Below are positions 22,301 through 33,716 of a DNA stretch of 64,000 nt, in pieces. Both the position numbers and the translations under genes were made by a program. The stretch covers positions 806,001 to 870,000 of the forward strand of contig CBFDEM010000005.1 of NCBI GenBank assembly GCA_965603825.1, read 5' to 3'. Below the pieces are notes generated by a model. It was not told the DNA's origin. It saw only the letters and a list, made by a program, of their open reading frames with translations, and searched no databases. Position 1 is the stretch's first letter. Each line of letters begins with the position of its first letter. The DNA comes from Blepharisma stoltei ATCC 30299 (lineage: Eukaryota > Protista > Ciliophora).

Positions 22301-23080
22301 TTATATATACAACTGAACGTTGTTTTTCATGATTTGGCTAAGAGACTGCATACAGACGTAGTTTGCTCAGCAAGCTCGCTCATAGAGCTGCTGATTGTTG
22401 ACGCTATTGACACAAGCAAAAGACGGAACCTCAAAGTGGTTCTGCGCGTTTTGAAATTTTTGAATGTCATCCTGAGCAACCGAACTCAAGTTATTATTCC
22501 AATTTGGCGCACCATGCATCACTGCACCTACAGGGGTTTGAAAACTTTGGCCACAAGGCTGATTTTGAGCCCCTGGTAAGCTCATAAATGTTTCGCCTTC
22601 TTCACTGAACGGCTGATTCATGAAACATTTTTTGATTAAAAACTCTACAACTGGCTTTTCCTTGATAATTTTCTTTACAGACGCAGTAATTCTGAGATTT
22701 TCTGGCCTGTATTTGTTGTATTTCCTTAATCCTTTGCGAACTGCGCTGTAAAAACGATTTTTAATTGAGTTTTCAGTTCTACCTGGAAGGGTTTTTGCTA
22801 TCTCTGTTCAGCAATTTCCGTATTTTCTTTGGTACTCAAAGAGAGTTTTGTCTTCTTGAGCTGTCCATGGGAGTCTTTTTATGGCTGGATCGATATGATT
22901 GTTTCATCTCTCACGGCATTGTTTTCCCGATTTATTAGGAAATCCGTACTTGTCTCGGAGAATATTTGATACGTCTGACCATCTAGCGGTGCCTATTTCT
23001 AAGACAATCTCTTGAAGCGCATTGTCTTCCTACATAAAATCTACCTCTTCTGTCCAAGGCTTTCTTTCAGTGATTGACAT
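22301..23080 (-). CDS. R2R3 Myb transcription factor; 15-nt intron 23030-23044
   Basis: PWTEE|ED..GKQCRER(W)NNH..PWTAQED..GNC(W)TEIAKTLPGRTENSIKNRF. Confidence 0.92.
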
Positions 23081-24086
23081 TTTAATTTTGTATTTACTGA
23101 CAATTATGTAGTTCTAAAAGTAAACATCAAGATGGCGATTTATCGAGAATTTTTATTAAAGAAAAAATTCTAATATGCTTCTCAGCATTGCTAGATTGTA
23201 TTTCTAGAAAATTCTGAATATTTTATTAAGAAGAAATGGTAAAAAGCAATAAATATAAAATTGGTTTAAAATTCATATTTAATGAACAAAGACTAATTAT
23301 GGCTTTCTAGAAGGGCCTTGGAATTTATAATTGAAGACATAAATTATTTTTTTAACGTTTTAATAAAACTAGCAATTTGAGAAAAAGGGCGACTTGCTCT
23401 TAAAAAGTCAGAGTTTTGAATAAGTAAGGCTGTTTCAAATATATATCGATTATAGTTTTAGAATCCCTTTTAATAAAACTCCACAGAATTCAGTGTAAGT
23501 AGGAAAATAATTCTCAGTTCTCTCAATGGATGTTGAAAAAGGGTGCATTAAATGATGACTATGCCTGTTTCGTGAAATGATTAAATTCTCTTAAAATTAG
23601 CTTTTTAAAGTATAGTCTTTTGGATTTCTTAAAAAAATTAATCAAACTTAAAATGCTCTTAAGACCATTTTAGACAACGTTACATTTTATCAATATTAGA
23701 TAAAAATACATAATTATTTTAATACCCGAAATTTATACTTATTTAAATATTTAACCGAATTCCTATAAGTTTTAATATTCACATCTATATGAAAATAATT
23801 ATTTATTATTTTAATTGCTTAACTATTATTTTCAGCGGCATATAGGAGTTAATTAATTTAATTAACTGCAATTTTAAACTTTTTTACTTTTCATAATTCA
23901 TTTTCTGAAAATTATTAAATTAATCATTAGCTTTCTTTATTAATCTTTATTAAAGCATTTAAATTCTCTTATTGTTTTTGTATTTATTTTGCTTTCCAAA
24001 ATAAATTTTTAAAAATTTCCTTTAAAACTTGCAGTATTTTCTGTTTGCTTTACAAAAAAATCCCTGAAACTTAAAATCATGCAAAA

Positions 24087-26744
24087 ATGGTTTCAATAGA
24101 TTCAACTAGGCGTACAAGTCTTGATATAAAAGCATTAAATTCGTATGAAGAGGCCAACCAGCCCACAATCAACCCGACAGGCTCGCACGAACCAGAGAAA
24201 AAAGCTAATCCACCTAAGCAATCCGTAAGCCTTAAAGGCTTGGCTTTATTGATCTTAGATCATTGATTTACAACTACTTTTATGCTAGTCCTCACTGTAT
24301 ACGCTTTATTTGGAGACAGTTTTCGTGCCCTTTTGACATCCCAAGATGCAGATGACGGATTTTATATAGTCACAATTATATGTATCAGCTTTTTTACATT
24401 AGAAATAATAGTAGCTTCCTTTGTGAAGGAAGATTATTTCTTATCATTTTTCTTTTGACTTGATGTAATTTCTACTATATCCCTAATCACTGATATTGGC
24501 TGAGCATGAGATGCCATGACTGGCCAAGATAGAACTGGAAAAGCTTCAAGTACGTCAAGTCAGTTCTCTCAAGCCAGCAGAGCCTCACGAGCAGGGACTA
24601 GGGCTGCCAGAATTGTCAGGCTGATTAGGGTCATCAGGCTAGTCAGAATTGCAAAACTTTACAAACTATCACAGGTCGCTAAAGAAAAATTACTAAAGAA
24701 AGACGAAATTTTGCTTAAAAGAGGAAGAGTTGCATATAGAGGCAACGAAAATCCTCTTGGGGATCTCGAAATTATAGAATCTGAAGCATTTATAAATGAA
24801 GACTCTGAAATCAACTCAGTTTCTGCAAATTTTTCAAATTCCCACGCAAATCGATCAAGAAGAAGGACAACTAGAAAATCATCAGGAGCTCCAAAGCTTA
24901 ACCCTAGAGACAGTACTATTCAAGACTTAGAAGTCCCTAAAGAAAGCAAGGTGGGCAAAAAATTGTCAGAATTAACGACAAAAAGAGTAATTATATTATC
25001 ATTGCTAACTGTTGTTATCTTACCATTATTTGAATCCCAGCTGTATTATGACGATAACGATTCTTATGAACTCGGTCTTCATTTGATAATGAAAGAAATC
25101 GATGATCAAGAGGCAGCAACTAGAGTTGGCAATTTCTATGTAAAAGATCATAAAAATATTGACACGCCAATAATATTAGTAATTGTTGGGGAATATTACA
25201 ATTGAAGCTCTGATACCAATCCTGCTGATCTCAGGGCGGAAGAGCTGGGAGTTTATACTTTGTCTGAAGATTACATGAATACTACCATTGATGGAGTTTC
25301 TATGTTTGATTTGAGAAATAACACGAAAAGACAAGCAGGACTTGATATTGGAATCACTTTATTTGTCTGCCTTGTATTAAGCTTTTTTTCATTAGCCTTT
25401 TCTAAGGATGCACAGGATTTAATTATAGAGCCCTTAGAATCTATGATCCTTACAGTTCAAAAAATTTCAGAAAATCCTGTAAAGGCAGCCCAGGAACAAG
25501 AAGTTGAAGAAGTCACTCGAAACATGGCTCTCACCAAAAGTGAGCTGTTAAAAGAAAAAACAAAAAAAAATGCAAATTTAGAAACCAAAATCCTAGAAGA
25601 GACTTTTATTAAAATTGGCGCATTATTAGCATTGGGATTTGGGGAAGCAGGCTCCGAAATTATCGCTAAAAATGTAAATAGAAGTGGTGGAGAAATCGAC
25701 CCATTAATCCCAGGCAAAAAGCGGCTCTGCATTTTTGGGTTCTGCGATATCCGTCAGTTTTCAGAAGCTACTGAAATACTACAAAAAGACGTCATGATTT
25801 TTGTCAATGAAATTGCCAAAATTGTCCATCAGACTGTGAATAATTATTCAGGGTCTGCAAATAAAAATATAGGGGAGGCCTTTTTAATAGTCTGAAAATT
25901 CCATAGAGAATCTGTATTAGAAGATTCTTTGACTGGGGAAGTTTCATTAATAGATAATCACCATACCAATGATTTGGCTGACATGGCAGTTGTTGCATAT
26001 TTGAAAACAATTGCGGAAATCAATAAAAGTCCTAAAACACTGGCTTATCAAAAACATCCAGGCCTAACGGCAAAAATGCCTGGATTTTGTGTGAAGATGG
26101 GCTTTGGGCTCCATCAAGGATGAGCAATTGAAGGAGCGATTGGGAGTGAGTTTAAAATTGACGCGTCATATTTGTCACCAAATGTAAATTTAGCGTCAAG
26201 ATTAGAAGCGGCGACTCGACAGTTTGGAGTGCATATATTGGTGAGTGATGCTTTATATAATATTTGTTCAAGCCAAACCCAGAAAAATTTTAGAAAAGTC
26301 GATAGAGTTACTGTCAAAGGCAGTAAAGTGCCAATTGAGCTTTATACTGTAGACTTAGACCTAACTGCTCTTGAAGTCGGAACTGACACAGAGGATACTT
26401 TTACGGACCTAAAAGAAGCCCGAGCTTTTGCTCACATTAAGAGAGAAAGATTGAATGATGCAGTAAAACACAAAAATTATAGAGTTTATAGATTGTTTAC
26501 AGACGATAAAGACCTTAGAGCTATGAAGAAAAATATTTCAAAGCATTTTATGCACTGGTTTTCAATCGCACTTGAAGAATATCTAAAAGGAGATTGGAGC
26601 CAAGCTGCAATCGATTTTTCGAAAGCACAGGTTTATAAAAATGGAAAAGACGGCCCAACTGAAGTAATACTTGAGTTTATGAAAGAAAATAATAATGTTC
26701 CTCCTCCAGATTGGTCTGGATATCGTATATTGCATGATAAATAG
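24087..26744 (+). CDS. Adenylyl cyclase with N-terminal voltage-sensor/ion-channel-like TM module (alveolate AC-alpha type)
   Basis: S4-like RASRAGTRAARIVRLIRVIRLVRIAKLYK; class III cyclase motifs FCDIRQF, GLHQG(W)AIEGAIGS, IDASYLSPNVNLASRLE. Four track ORFs fuse through TGA. Confidence 0.92.
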
Positions 26745-26957
26745 ATTTAATTTTAGTTAAAAAGATGTGAATAAAGCAATTTTTGGAAACATATTAATAT
26801 TAGCATAGGCGATACAGTTACTTTGACTTAATATAATTTTTTAAAATTTGATATAATAACAAAAATTATTAAGAATAAAATAAGTTTAAAAGCCCAAGAA
26901 ATATCTCTTTTCGTTCGGCTGTCTCTTGTGTTAAAGTAGAAAAACAGCTATATATAA

Positions 26958-27575
26958 ATGGATTCCAGCCTTCTTGAAAAATCCAATAAATTAATCGAGC
27001 CTCTCCAACACGAACTCCTTGACTTAATTAACGGCAATAGAGAATGGGAACACCTTGGTGAGGACAATGGTGTTGAATCAGATCGCATTATGACTGAATC
27101 TGGGATCCAGCTAATAAAAGCTATTGGACTCATCAACAGACAACCTCAACAGATCGTTGATGTCATTTGCGACTACCAGCACAAATCTGAATGGGATGAT
27201 ATGTGTGTGGAAAGCCTTATGGTCCAAGAGTTCGATCCAAATTATAGAGTCCTTTATCAACGCTTTTGGGCACCATGGCCAATCAGCCATAGAGATTTCG
27301 TTTTTGCCTCAAAAGTTTCAAATGTTGGTGAAGATATTATTATTACCGCGAAAAGTGTAGAAACTGATTTGGTTCCTGAAAAAAGTGGAGTTGTCAGAGG
27401 AAGTATTAACACCTCAGGATTTTATCTCCAAAAATTGGGCGAAAATTTAACAAGAGTTACTTATTTGGTTTCTGTGGATCCTAAAGGAAGCTTGCCATTG
27501 TGGGTTGTTAATCAACTTGGGAAAAAGCAATGCCAAGTACCGTATAAGCTGAAAGTAAGGCTGGGAGATGCTTAA
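26958..27575 (+). CDS. START lipid-transfer domain protein (pair A, copy 1)
   Basis: EWD, APWPISHRDFV, VDPKGSLP.WVVN. Confidence 0.92.
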   Translation: MDSSLLEKSNKLIEPLQHELLDLINGNREWEHLGEDNGVESDRIMTESGIQLIKAIGLINRQPQQIVDVICDYQHKSEWDDMCVESLMVQEFDPNYRVLYQRFWAPWPISHRDFVFASKVSNVGEDIIITAKSVETDLVPEKSGVVRGSINTSGFYLQKLGENLTRVTYLVSVDPKGSLPLWVVNQLGKKQCQVPYKLKVRLGDA

Positions 27576-27726
27576 TCAATAATTTAGATATGCGTAAAAT
27601 TATGATAATTATTTCAGTATAAATAAATTTGTATTACTTCATGCTCTCATCATTAAAAACTTAGGAAAATATTTTTCACATGAAAAATTAGCATTTTCAT
27701 GTAAAATGCAGTCATTTTCCTTATAA

Positions 27727-28344
27727 ATGGAAACTTCACTGCTTGAGAAGTCCACAAAGACCATAGAACGCTGTCAAGCAGAACTCTTAGATCTAATAAA
27801 CGGTCAAAGAAATTGGGAGCATCTAGGAGACGATAACAACGTGGAATCAGATCGCCTCATGACTGAATCTGGAATCCACTTAATAAAAGCTGTAGGTCTT
27901 ATTAACAGAACTCCTCAACAGATTTTTGACGTAATTTGGGATTACCAACACAAATCAGAGTGGGACGACATGTGCCTTGAAAATATTTTGGTGCAGGAAT
28001 TTACCCCAGATTTTAGAGTCCAATATCAGCGTTTTTGGGCTCCTTGGCCGATTAACCAGAGGGATTTTGTGTTTGCTTCAAAAGTAATAAGAACTGATGG
28101 AGATATTTTGATTACAGGAAAAAGTATAGAAACTGAGCTTGCACCTGAAAAAAGTGGTATCGTTAGAGGAAGCATAAATACCTCAGGATTTTACCTTCAG
28201 AGTTTGGGAGAAAATTTAACGAGAATTACCTATTTAGTATGTGTAGATCCAAAGGGAAGTATTCCTACGTGGGTAGTTAACCAACTTGGAAAAAGGCAGT
28301 GCCAAATTGTGCATAAATTAAAAATGAGGCTAGGAGATGTCTAA
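27727..28344 (+). CDS. START domain protein (pair A, copy 2)
   Basis: Same length as 26958-27575 and closely similar. Confidence 0.92.
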   Translation: METSLLEKSTKTIERCQAELLDLINGQRNWEHLGDDNNVESDRLMTESGIHLIKAVGLINRTPQQIFDVIWDYQHKSEWDDMCLENILVQEFTPDFRVQYQRFWAPWPINQRDFVFASKVIRTDGDILITGKSIETELAPEKSGIVRGSINTSGFYLQSLGENLTRITYLVCVDPKGSIPTWVVNQLGKRQCQIVHKLKMRLGDV

Positions 28345-28515
28345 TTGCAACGATTATTTAAATCCTTATTTAATTTTGATGATAGGCTTGAATAAATTAT
28401 GTTTTTATTAAAAACTGTCAAAATTATTTCATTTTGATTTAAAATTTTAAATGAATATAAGGCATTTCTTGTGAGGAATCCTTAAAATATGACTAAATAT
28501 AATTTATAAGGAAAT

Positions 28516-29190
28516 ATGAACGAATCAAACACTACTGAACAATTGTAAGTTTTATATAGTGACTATATGATGAAAATCCTCACAATTGGGGATTCTGGGG
28601 TTGGAAAGACTTGCCTTATTATGCGATATACAGTAACAAATATAAAGGAAAACTCTTTCTCAAATAAATTTTTGAACACAATCGGAGTTGAATGTAAAAG
28701 CAAAACTATAGTTCAAGGCAACAAAAAAGTGAGAATGCAATTATGAGATACAGCAGGCCAAGAAAGATTTAGGACGATCACGAATAATTACTATAGAGGC
28801 GCACATGCCATTGCAATTGTTTATGACGTAACTGATAGGAAATCTTTTGAAATGGTCAGCTCATGGCTCGCAGAAATTAGAAAATCCAGAGGTTCTGAGG
28901 CCTATATCTTTATTCTTGCAAATAAAGTAGATATGACTGAAAAGAGGGTTATTTCTGAACAAGAAGGCGCAGAATGGGCAAAAAATAGAGATTTGTATTG
29001 TTTTGAAGTTTCTGCTAAAGAAAATTTAGGGGTTGAAGAAGCTTTTTCTTTTATTTTTTCAAAAATTTTTTCGAAAATGCAAAACAGCCCTAATTTTCTC
29101 GCCAGAAATCAAGAAAATTTGCAGTTGTCTCGCATGGAGAATAAAAAGTCAAAATCAAAGAAAAAGTAATATTAAATTAGGTGTTGTTAA
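28516..29190 (+). CDS. Rab GTPase (Rab1/Rab8-related, divergent); 15-nt introns at 28545-28559, 28633-28647 and 29166-29180
   Basis: GDSGVGKT, (W)DTAGQERF, YYRGA, NKVD, EVSAK. The spliced C-terminus is KKKCC. Confidence 0.92.
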
Positions 29191-29367
29191 TTTAATTCCT
29201 TATCATTTATTGAATTATTTTTTTATAAAAAAGAATAAATCTAAATTATTTATTTGAAAAAGTATGCTCATAATAATTTTTATTTAAATAATAAACAAAA
29301 GCATATATTTGAAGAAAAATCTAGGCTGACTATTTTCTTTTTAGCTGAATTTATAATAGTGAAATAA

Positions 29368-29988
29368 ATGGAGCCAAATCTTGAAGAAACATGTTCTACT
29401 GCTCTTGAGCGAGCTCAAACAGAAGTTCTTAACTTAATAAATAACCCTCAAGTGCGGTGGGAAAATTACAAAGAAAAGCATGGCCTCACTCGGCAAAAAA
29501 TAGAAACAGACTCAGGAGCCTTAATAATTAAATCTGCAGGAACTATCAATAAACCAGGACAAATTGTATTCGACACATTATGGGATGACACAAAAAAGGT
29601 TGAATGGAACTCAAAATTAAAAGAAACCAGACTTCTCCATGAATTTGATTCACGGATAAGAATATATTATAACAGTTTCAAATCGCCATGGCCAGTCAAA
29701 AATAGAGACTTTGTCTTTGCAACAAGGGCAATTAGTCTTGGCGATGACGCTTTGATCACGAAAATTAGCATAAATACTGCCCTTTGCCCTGAACAAGCTG
29801 GATTTATAAGAGGCGAAATAAAAGGTTCAGGAATCTTAATACACCCTGTGGATAAGAATTCGTGTGTCTTGACCTTTGTGGTTAGCATAGATCCAAAAGG
29901 GTCAATTCCAAGATCATTAGTAAATAAGGCACAAGAAGAGCAGTCATTAGCTGTGCATGATATAAGGCAATATGTTTCAAGATTATAA
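29368..29988 (+). CDS. START domain protein (pair B, copy 1)
   Basis: SPWPVKNRDFV, IDPKGSIP. Confidence 0.92.
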   Translation: MEPNLEETCSTALERAQTEVLNLINNPQVRWENYKEKHGLTRQKIETDSGALIIKSAGTINKPGQIVFDTLWDDTKKVEWNSKLKETRLLHEFDSRIRIYYNSFKSPWPVKNRDFVFATRAISLGDDALITKISINTALCPEQAGFIRGEIKGSGILIHPVDKNSCVLTFVVSIDPKGSIPRSLVNKAQEEQSLAVHDIRQYVSRL

Positions 29989-31140
29989 TAGTTAACTTAT
30001 AGAGTCTGGCTTTATTAATATAAGCTAATTGATTAAATTTATTTTATAATTGGAATTCGATAAATTCATAATGATTCCCTGAATATTTTTAAAAATATTA
30101 TTTGGGTGCAAAAGTTAGCTTAGATTTTAGCCCAAAAAAACTTGAAATCATTTAATTTGGGCCTATTCAATAATTATCATATAATTGGATTGAAGAAAAT
30201 TAATTAGTTTTTGGTATCCATAGGTATCGAAGATTTTTGAGACATAAATAATTGTGATTGCTTAAGAATAACCAAATAAATCATTATTGCGCTATTAAGA
30301 TTCAAATACTTTTTAATCCTTTTAATGACGTAATGAAATAAATGGCTACTTAAAACAAATTTTTCTACCAAATATGAGAGAGTTTAAACAAGATTCCTAG
30401 GCATGGTTCATAGTCATTGATATCATGCAGAGCAAAAATATTGTCCAAGCCTATTATCAATAGGTAAAAATAAAAATTTTTTAAAGATATTTCACAATCT
30501 TTCTCACAATTGTAGCTAATAATGTTGAGAAATCAGCAGAAAGCTTTATAGAACAATTTTTATTGTTTGCAATTATTTCAAAGCAGAATATCAAAGATAG
30601 CCCAAAAGGCCAGGTTGTGAGTTGGAAAGAAATAGCGATTGTTTTGAAGGTAATTGGTAGAAAAAATTTAAAATATTTTTAGTTTATAAAATTTAATTAT
30701 TCTGAATAAGCAAAACTAAATAGAAAGCTAATAAGAGAAGTGTGAAGTATAGTAGAGCTTGAAGAATTATAAAGACTTTGGATAATTGATATTAAATTGT
30801 CCATGCCATTACTATAGTTTATGACGTAACTGCTTGCCCTTATAAATAAAGCTGCCATGGTTGAAAATAAGGCTAAGTCAAAAACTCGAAGCAAAGAATG
30901 GAAAGAATCGGGATTTAATTATTTTCAATTAAATTTGACAAAAAGAGAAACCTCATTCATTTTGCAAATGTAAATATACATTATCTAAACGCTACTCGTA
31001 TATCAAAAATAAATTTAATATTTGTTCAGCTACTTCTACTAACCAAAATTTCAGTATAATCAGCTGCTATCTGATAATTAGCTTATATCTGCTAAATTTT
31101 CTCCATTATCATTTTATTGCCTATCTTTTATAATAAATAA

Positions 31141-31761
31141 ATGGAGCCAAACCTTGAAGAAATTTGTTCTACCGCTCTTGAGAGAGCTCAAGCCGAGCTT
31201 CTTGACTTAATCAACAACCCTCAAAGACGCTGGGAATCATACAAAGAAAAACTAGGTCTCATACGCCAAAGGACAGTCACAGACACAGGAGCCTTTATTG
31301 TTAAATCTTCAGGCACAATTAATAAATCAGGACAAATTGTATATGATACCATGTGGGATGACACAAATAAGCTTCAATGGAATCCAAGGTGCAAGGAATC
31401 AAAAATTCTCCATGAGTTTGACTCACGGATAAAAATAATTTATAATAGTTTCAAGTCGCCGTGGCCTGTAACCAACAGAGATTTTGTATTTGCAGCAAAG
31501 TCCGTTAGTCTAGGGGATGATGCTTTGATAGTTTTAATAAGCATCACCACTGCATTGTGTCCTGAAAAAAAGGGTTTTGTAAGGGGCGAAATGAAAAGCT
31601 CAGGATACCTAGTACACCCCGTGGACGAAAATTCATGTGTGTTGACCTCTATCATAAGCACAGATCCAAAAGGGTCAATTCCACAGTCAGTCGTTAATAA
31701 AGTGCAGGAAGAACAGACTTTAGCTGTGCATAAAATAGGAGAATTTGTTGGAGGAAGATAA
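31141..31761 (+). CDS. START domain protein (pair B, copy 2)
   Basis: Close paralog of 29368-29988. Confidence 0.92.
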   Translation: MEPNLEEICSTALERAQAELLDLINNPQRRWESYKEKLGLIRQRTVTDTGAFIVKSSGTINKSGQIVYDTMWDDTNKLQWNPRCKESKILHEFDSRIKIIYNSFKSPWPVTNRDFVFAAKSVSLGDDALIVLISITTALCPEKKGFVRGEMKSSGYLVHPVDENSCVLTSIISTDPKGSIPQSVVNKVQEEQTLAVHKIGEFVGGR

Positions 31762-32128
31762 TAGTTAAGTAAATATTATTTAAGGAATCTCAATTAAGAA
31801 CTTGTATATTTGTAGAAAGCAGACAATAGGTATAGTTTTCATAGTTCTTTATTAACCTCGCATAATAGGCCATTGCAATGCATATTTTAAAATAAGCTCT
31901 ACGTTGACAGAATCTATAATAGCAATTCTGAGTTATGACTGTTTATAAATGCAATTTTTGTTTGAGAATTTGCGCTTCAGCTTTTTATAGAACATATCTG
32001 GGCTTTGATTAGATTACTAAAATAGTCATCCTGAAGCAATAAAAAGAAATATATTTAAAATTTTATCCTAATACAATGTTCGCTAAAAATTCATTGAAAA
32101 TAAATTCGAAAATATTATCTATTAATAA

Positions 32129-32908
32129 TTACTCCAATAGTAAAAGGCTTAAAACAGCACCAATAACTACACTTGCTGAATAATAAACATTTGGGTTCCC
32201 TGACTGTATCTCTCTATTATTTCCACCCGAAAACATATCAGCCACTTTTTTAATCTGCCACTGTTTCGCCTGCTTCGTCTCAGATATAATATACCACAAC
32301 ACATCATCCCTGCAGGAATAATCCGGATTTGTCGCTGAGCCTTTATAAAAATAATAATCATCAGTGCTTCTCACGACTTCTCTTATATTAATATTCGACG
32401 TATTCGTAGTCCAATAAGTCGCTCCCGCAGTGCTCGGTAAATTCCACCATTCCAAGGAGTCTAAAAAGAAACTTTCTATGCCAGCCTTAAAAATCACGCT
32501 TACAATGGCCATGTTTTCTTTGTCTCTTTCCCAGTACTTGTCCTGGACTATCAAAATTATTTCCATTTCCATAGGAAAAGAAACTCCATTCAAGGTATGC
32601 TCAGATGGGGTATGAAAATCAATGTATTTGACGAGGAAGGTACGCTTGTCGTCTTCTGGGCCGATTTCTATGTAGCCGAAATCAGCAGTGACGCGGATCA
32701 AGTTGCCTGTGTTAGTAATGTTCCTTGCCTTGGTCGCTCCAAGGAAAACCATTTTCATTGAGTATTTGTCAGGGACGTCACTTGTGGAGTCTATGTCGAG
32801 GTTCATAGGAGATTGTTTAGAGGCTGAGCAGGCTTCAGGCCAACTGCCTTGAGCGTCGTAAGCCCAGCCAAAAGCTGATGAGATGAGTGCTGCATATATA
32901 AAAAACAT
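32129..32908 (-). CDS. Secreted, probably GPI-anchored alpha-carbonic anhydrase-like protein, likely catalytically impaired
   Basis: Signal peptide, W.Y....WP..C...QSPMN, FHTPSEH, YKGSATNP, NNREIQ, hydrophobic C-terminal tail. Confidence 0.85.
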   Translation of the reverse strand: MFFIYAALISSAFGWAYDAQGSWPEACSASKQSPMNLDIDSTSDVPDKYSMKMVFLGATKARNITNTGNLIRVTADFGYIEIGPEDDKRTFLVKYIDFHTPSEHTLNGVSFPMEMEIILIVQDKYWERDKENMAIVSVIFKAGIESFFLDSLEWWNLPSTAGATYWTTNTSNINIREVVRSTDDYYFYKGSATNPDYSCRDDVLWYIISETKQAKQWQIKKVADMFSGGNNREIQSGNPNVYYSASVVIGAVLSLLLLE

Positions 32909-32978
32909 AATTTTATATTAGAAAATCATTTTTTATTTAAAAATTTCACACAGAAATTAATTGAAATTTTGCAATTAA

Positions 32979-33692
32979 TTAGATTAAGTCTGAATAGTCA
33001 AGATCCCACCCACAAATATCTTGGCCACTGAGATCTGTAGTATGATTTCGTCTATACTCAATATTATACTGAGGTTTTGTTGGACTTTGGACTCTTTGAG
33101 TCATAAGCAGTCCAGGAGAAGCCAATGATGGCTTTCGGGTTTTTATTTTTGGTGGTGATTTAGAAACATTGGAAATAGATTTTTTTTTGACACTTTCACT
33201 TCTTTTGACAGCGGTTGCTGGCCTTAAATTCTCCTCATAGCTATAGGATATAGCTTCTATTTTCAGCCCAGAAACATTCTTTATTTCTTCGTTTCTTTTC
33301 TTTATAAACGCGTTTTTTGGAAAAGTTCATTTCTTGACTCCAACCCTGTGGATATCTAAGCTTATTTCTTGCTTTTTCATTGAAATTGTATCATTCATCA
33401 ATATAAAATTGCAGCTTTTTTTTACTTTTTCAGTTGTCAAATTCATATCATTCCTTAATGAGAATCTTTGCTTCATAAATTCTGATTTTGGGATGTTTTT
33501 ACGAATCATATCGAATTTATCGTTCTCAGTTCGATTGAATTTTTCAATTTCACTTGATTTTAGGATTCGACTATTTATTTTCTTTTTTTGTTGTAAATCA
33601 ATATAAAAATTCTTTTTTATGATTCCTTTAGAAACATGCTTTGTCAGGATTTTCCTTTCTACATCTGGCTCTATTGTGACCACTGCAAACAT
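32979..33692 (-). CDS. Hypothetical basic protein
   Basis: Track ORF extends through two TGA to TAA at 32979. Confidence 0.6.
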
Positions 33693-33716
33693 TGGATATG
33701 ATTTTTAATAATAAAA

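Noticed and set aside
22211-22579. 122-aa plus-strand ORF
   Set aside because: Antisense to the Myb gene C-terminus.
16071-26744. cNMP-binding protein, iGluR-like channel and adenylyl cyclase as a signalling operon
   Set aside because: These families are large in ciliates and unrelated genes are interspersed, so proximity alone is not evidence.
30697-30894. 65-aa minus-strand ORF
   Set aside because: Non-ATG start, no motif, AT-rich context.
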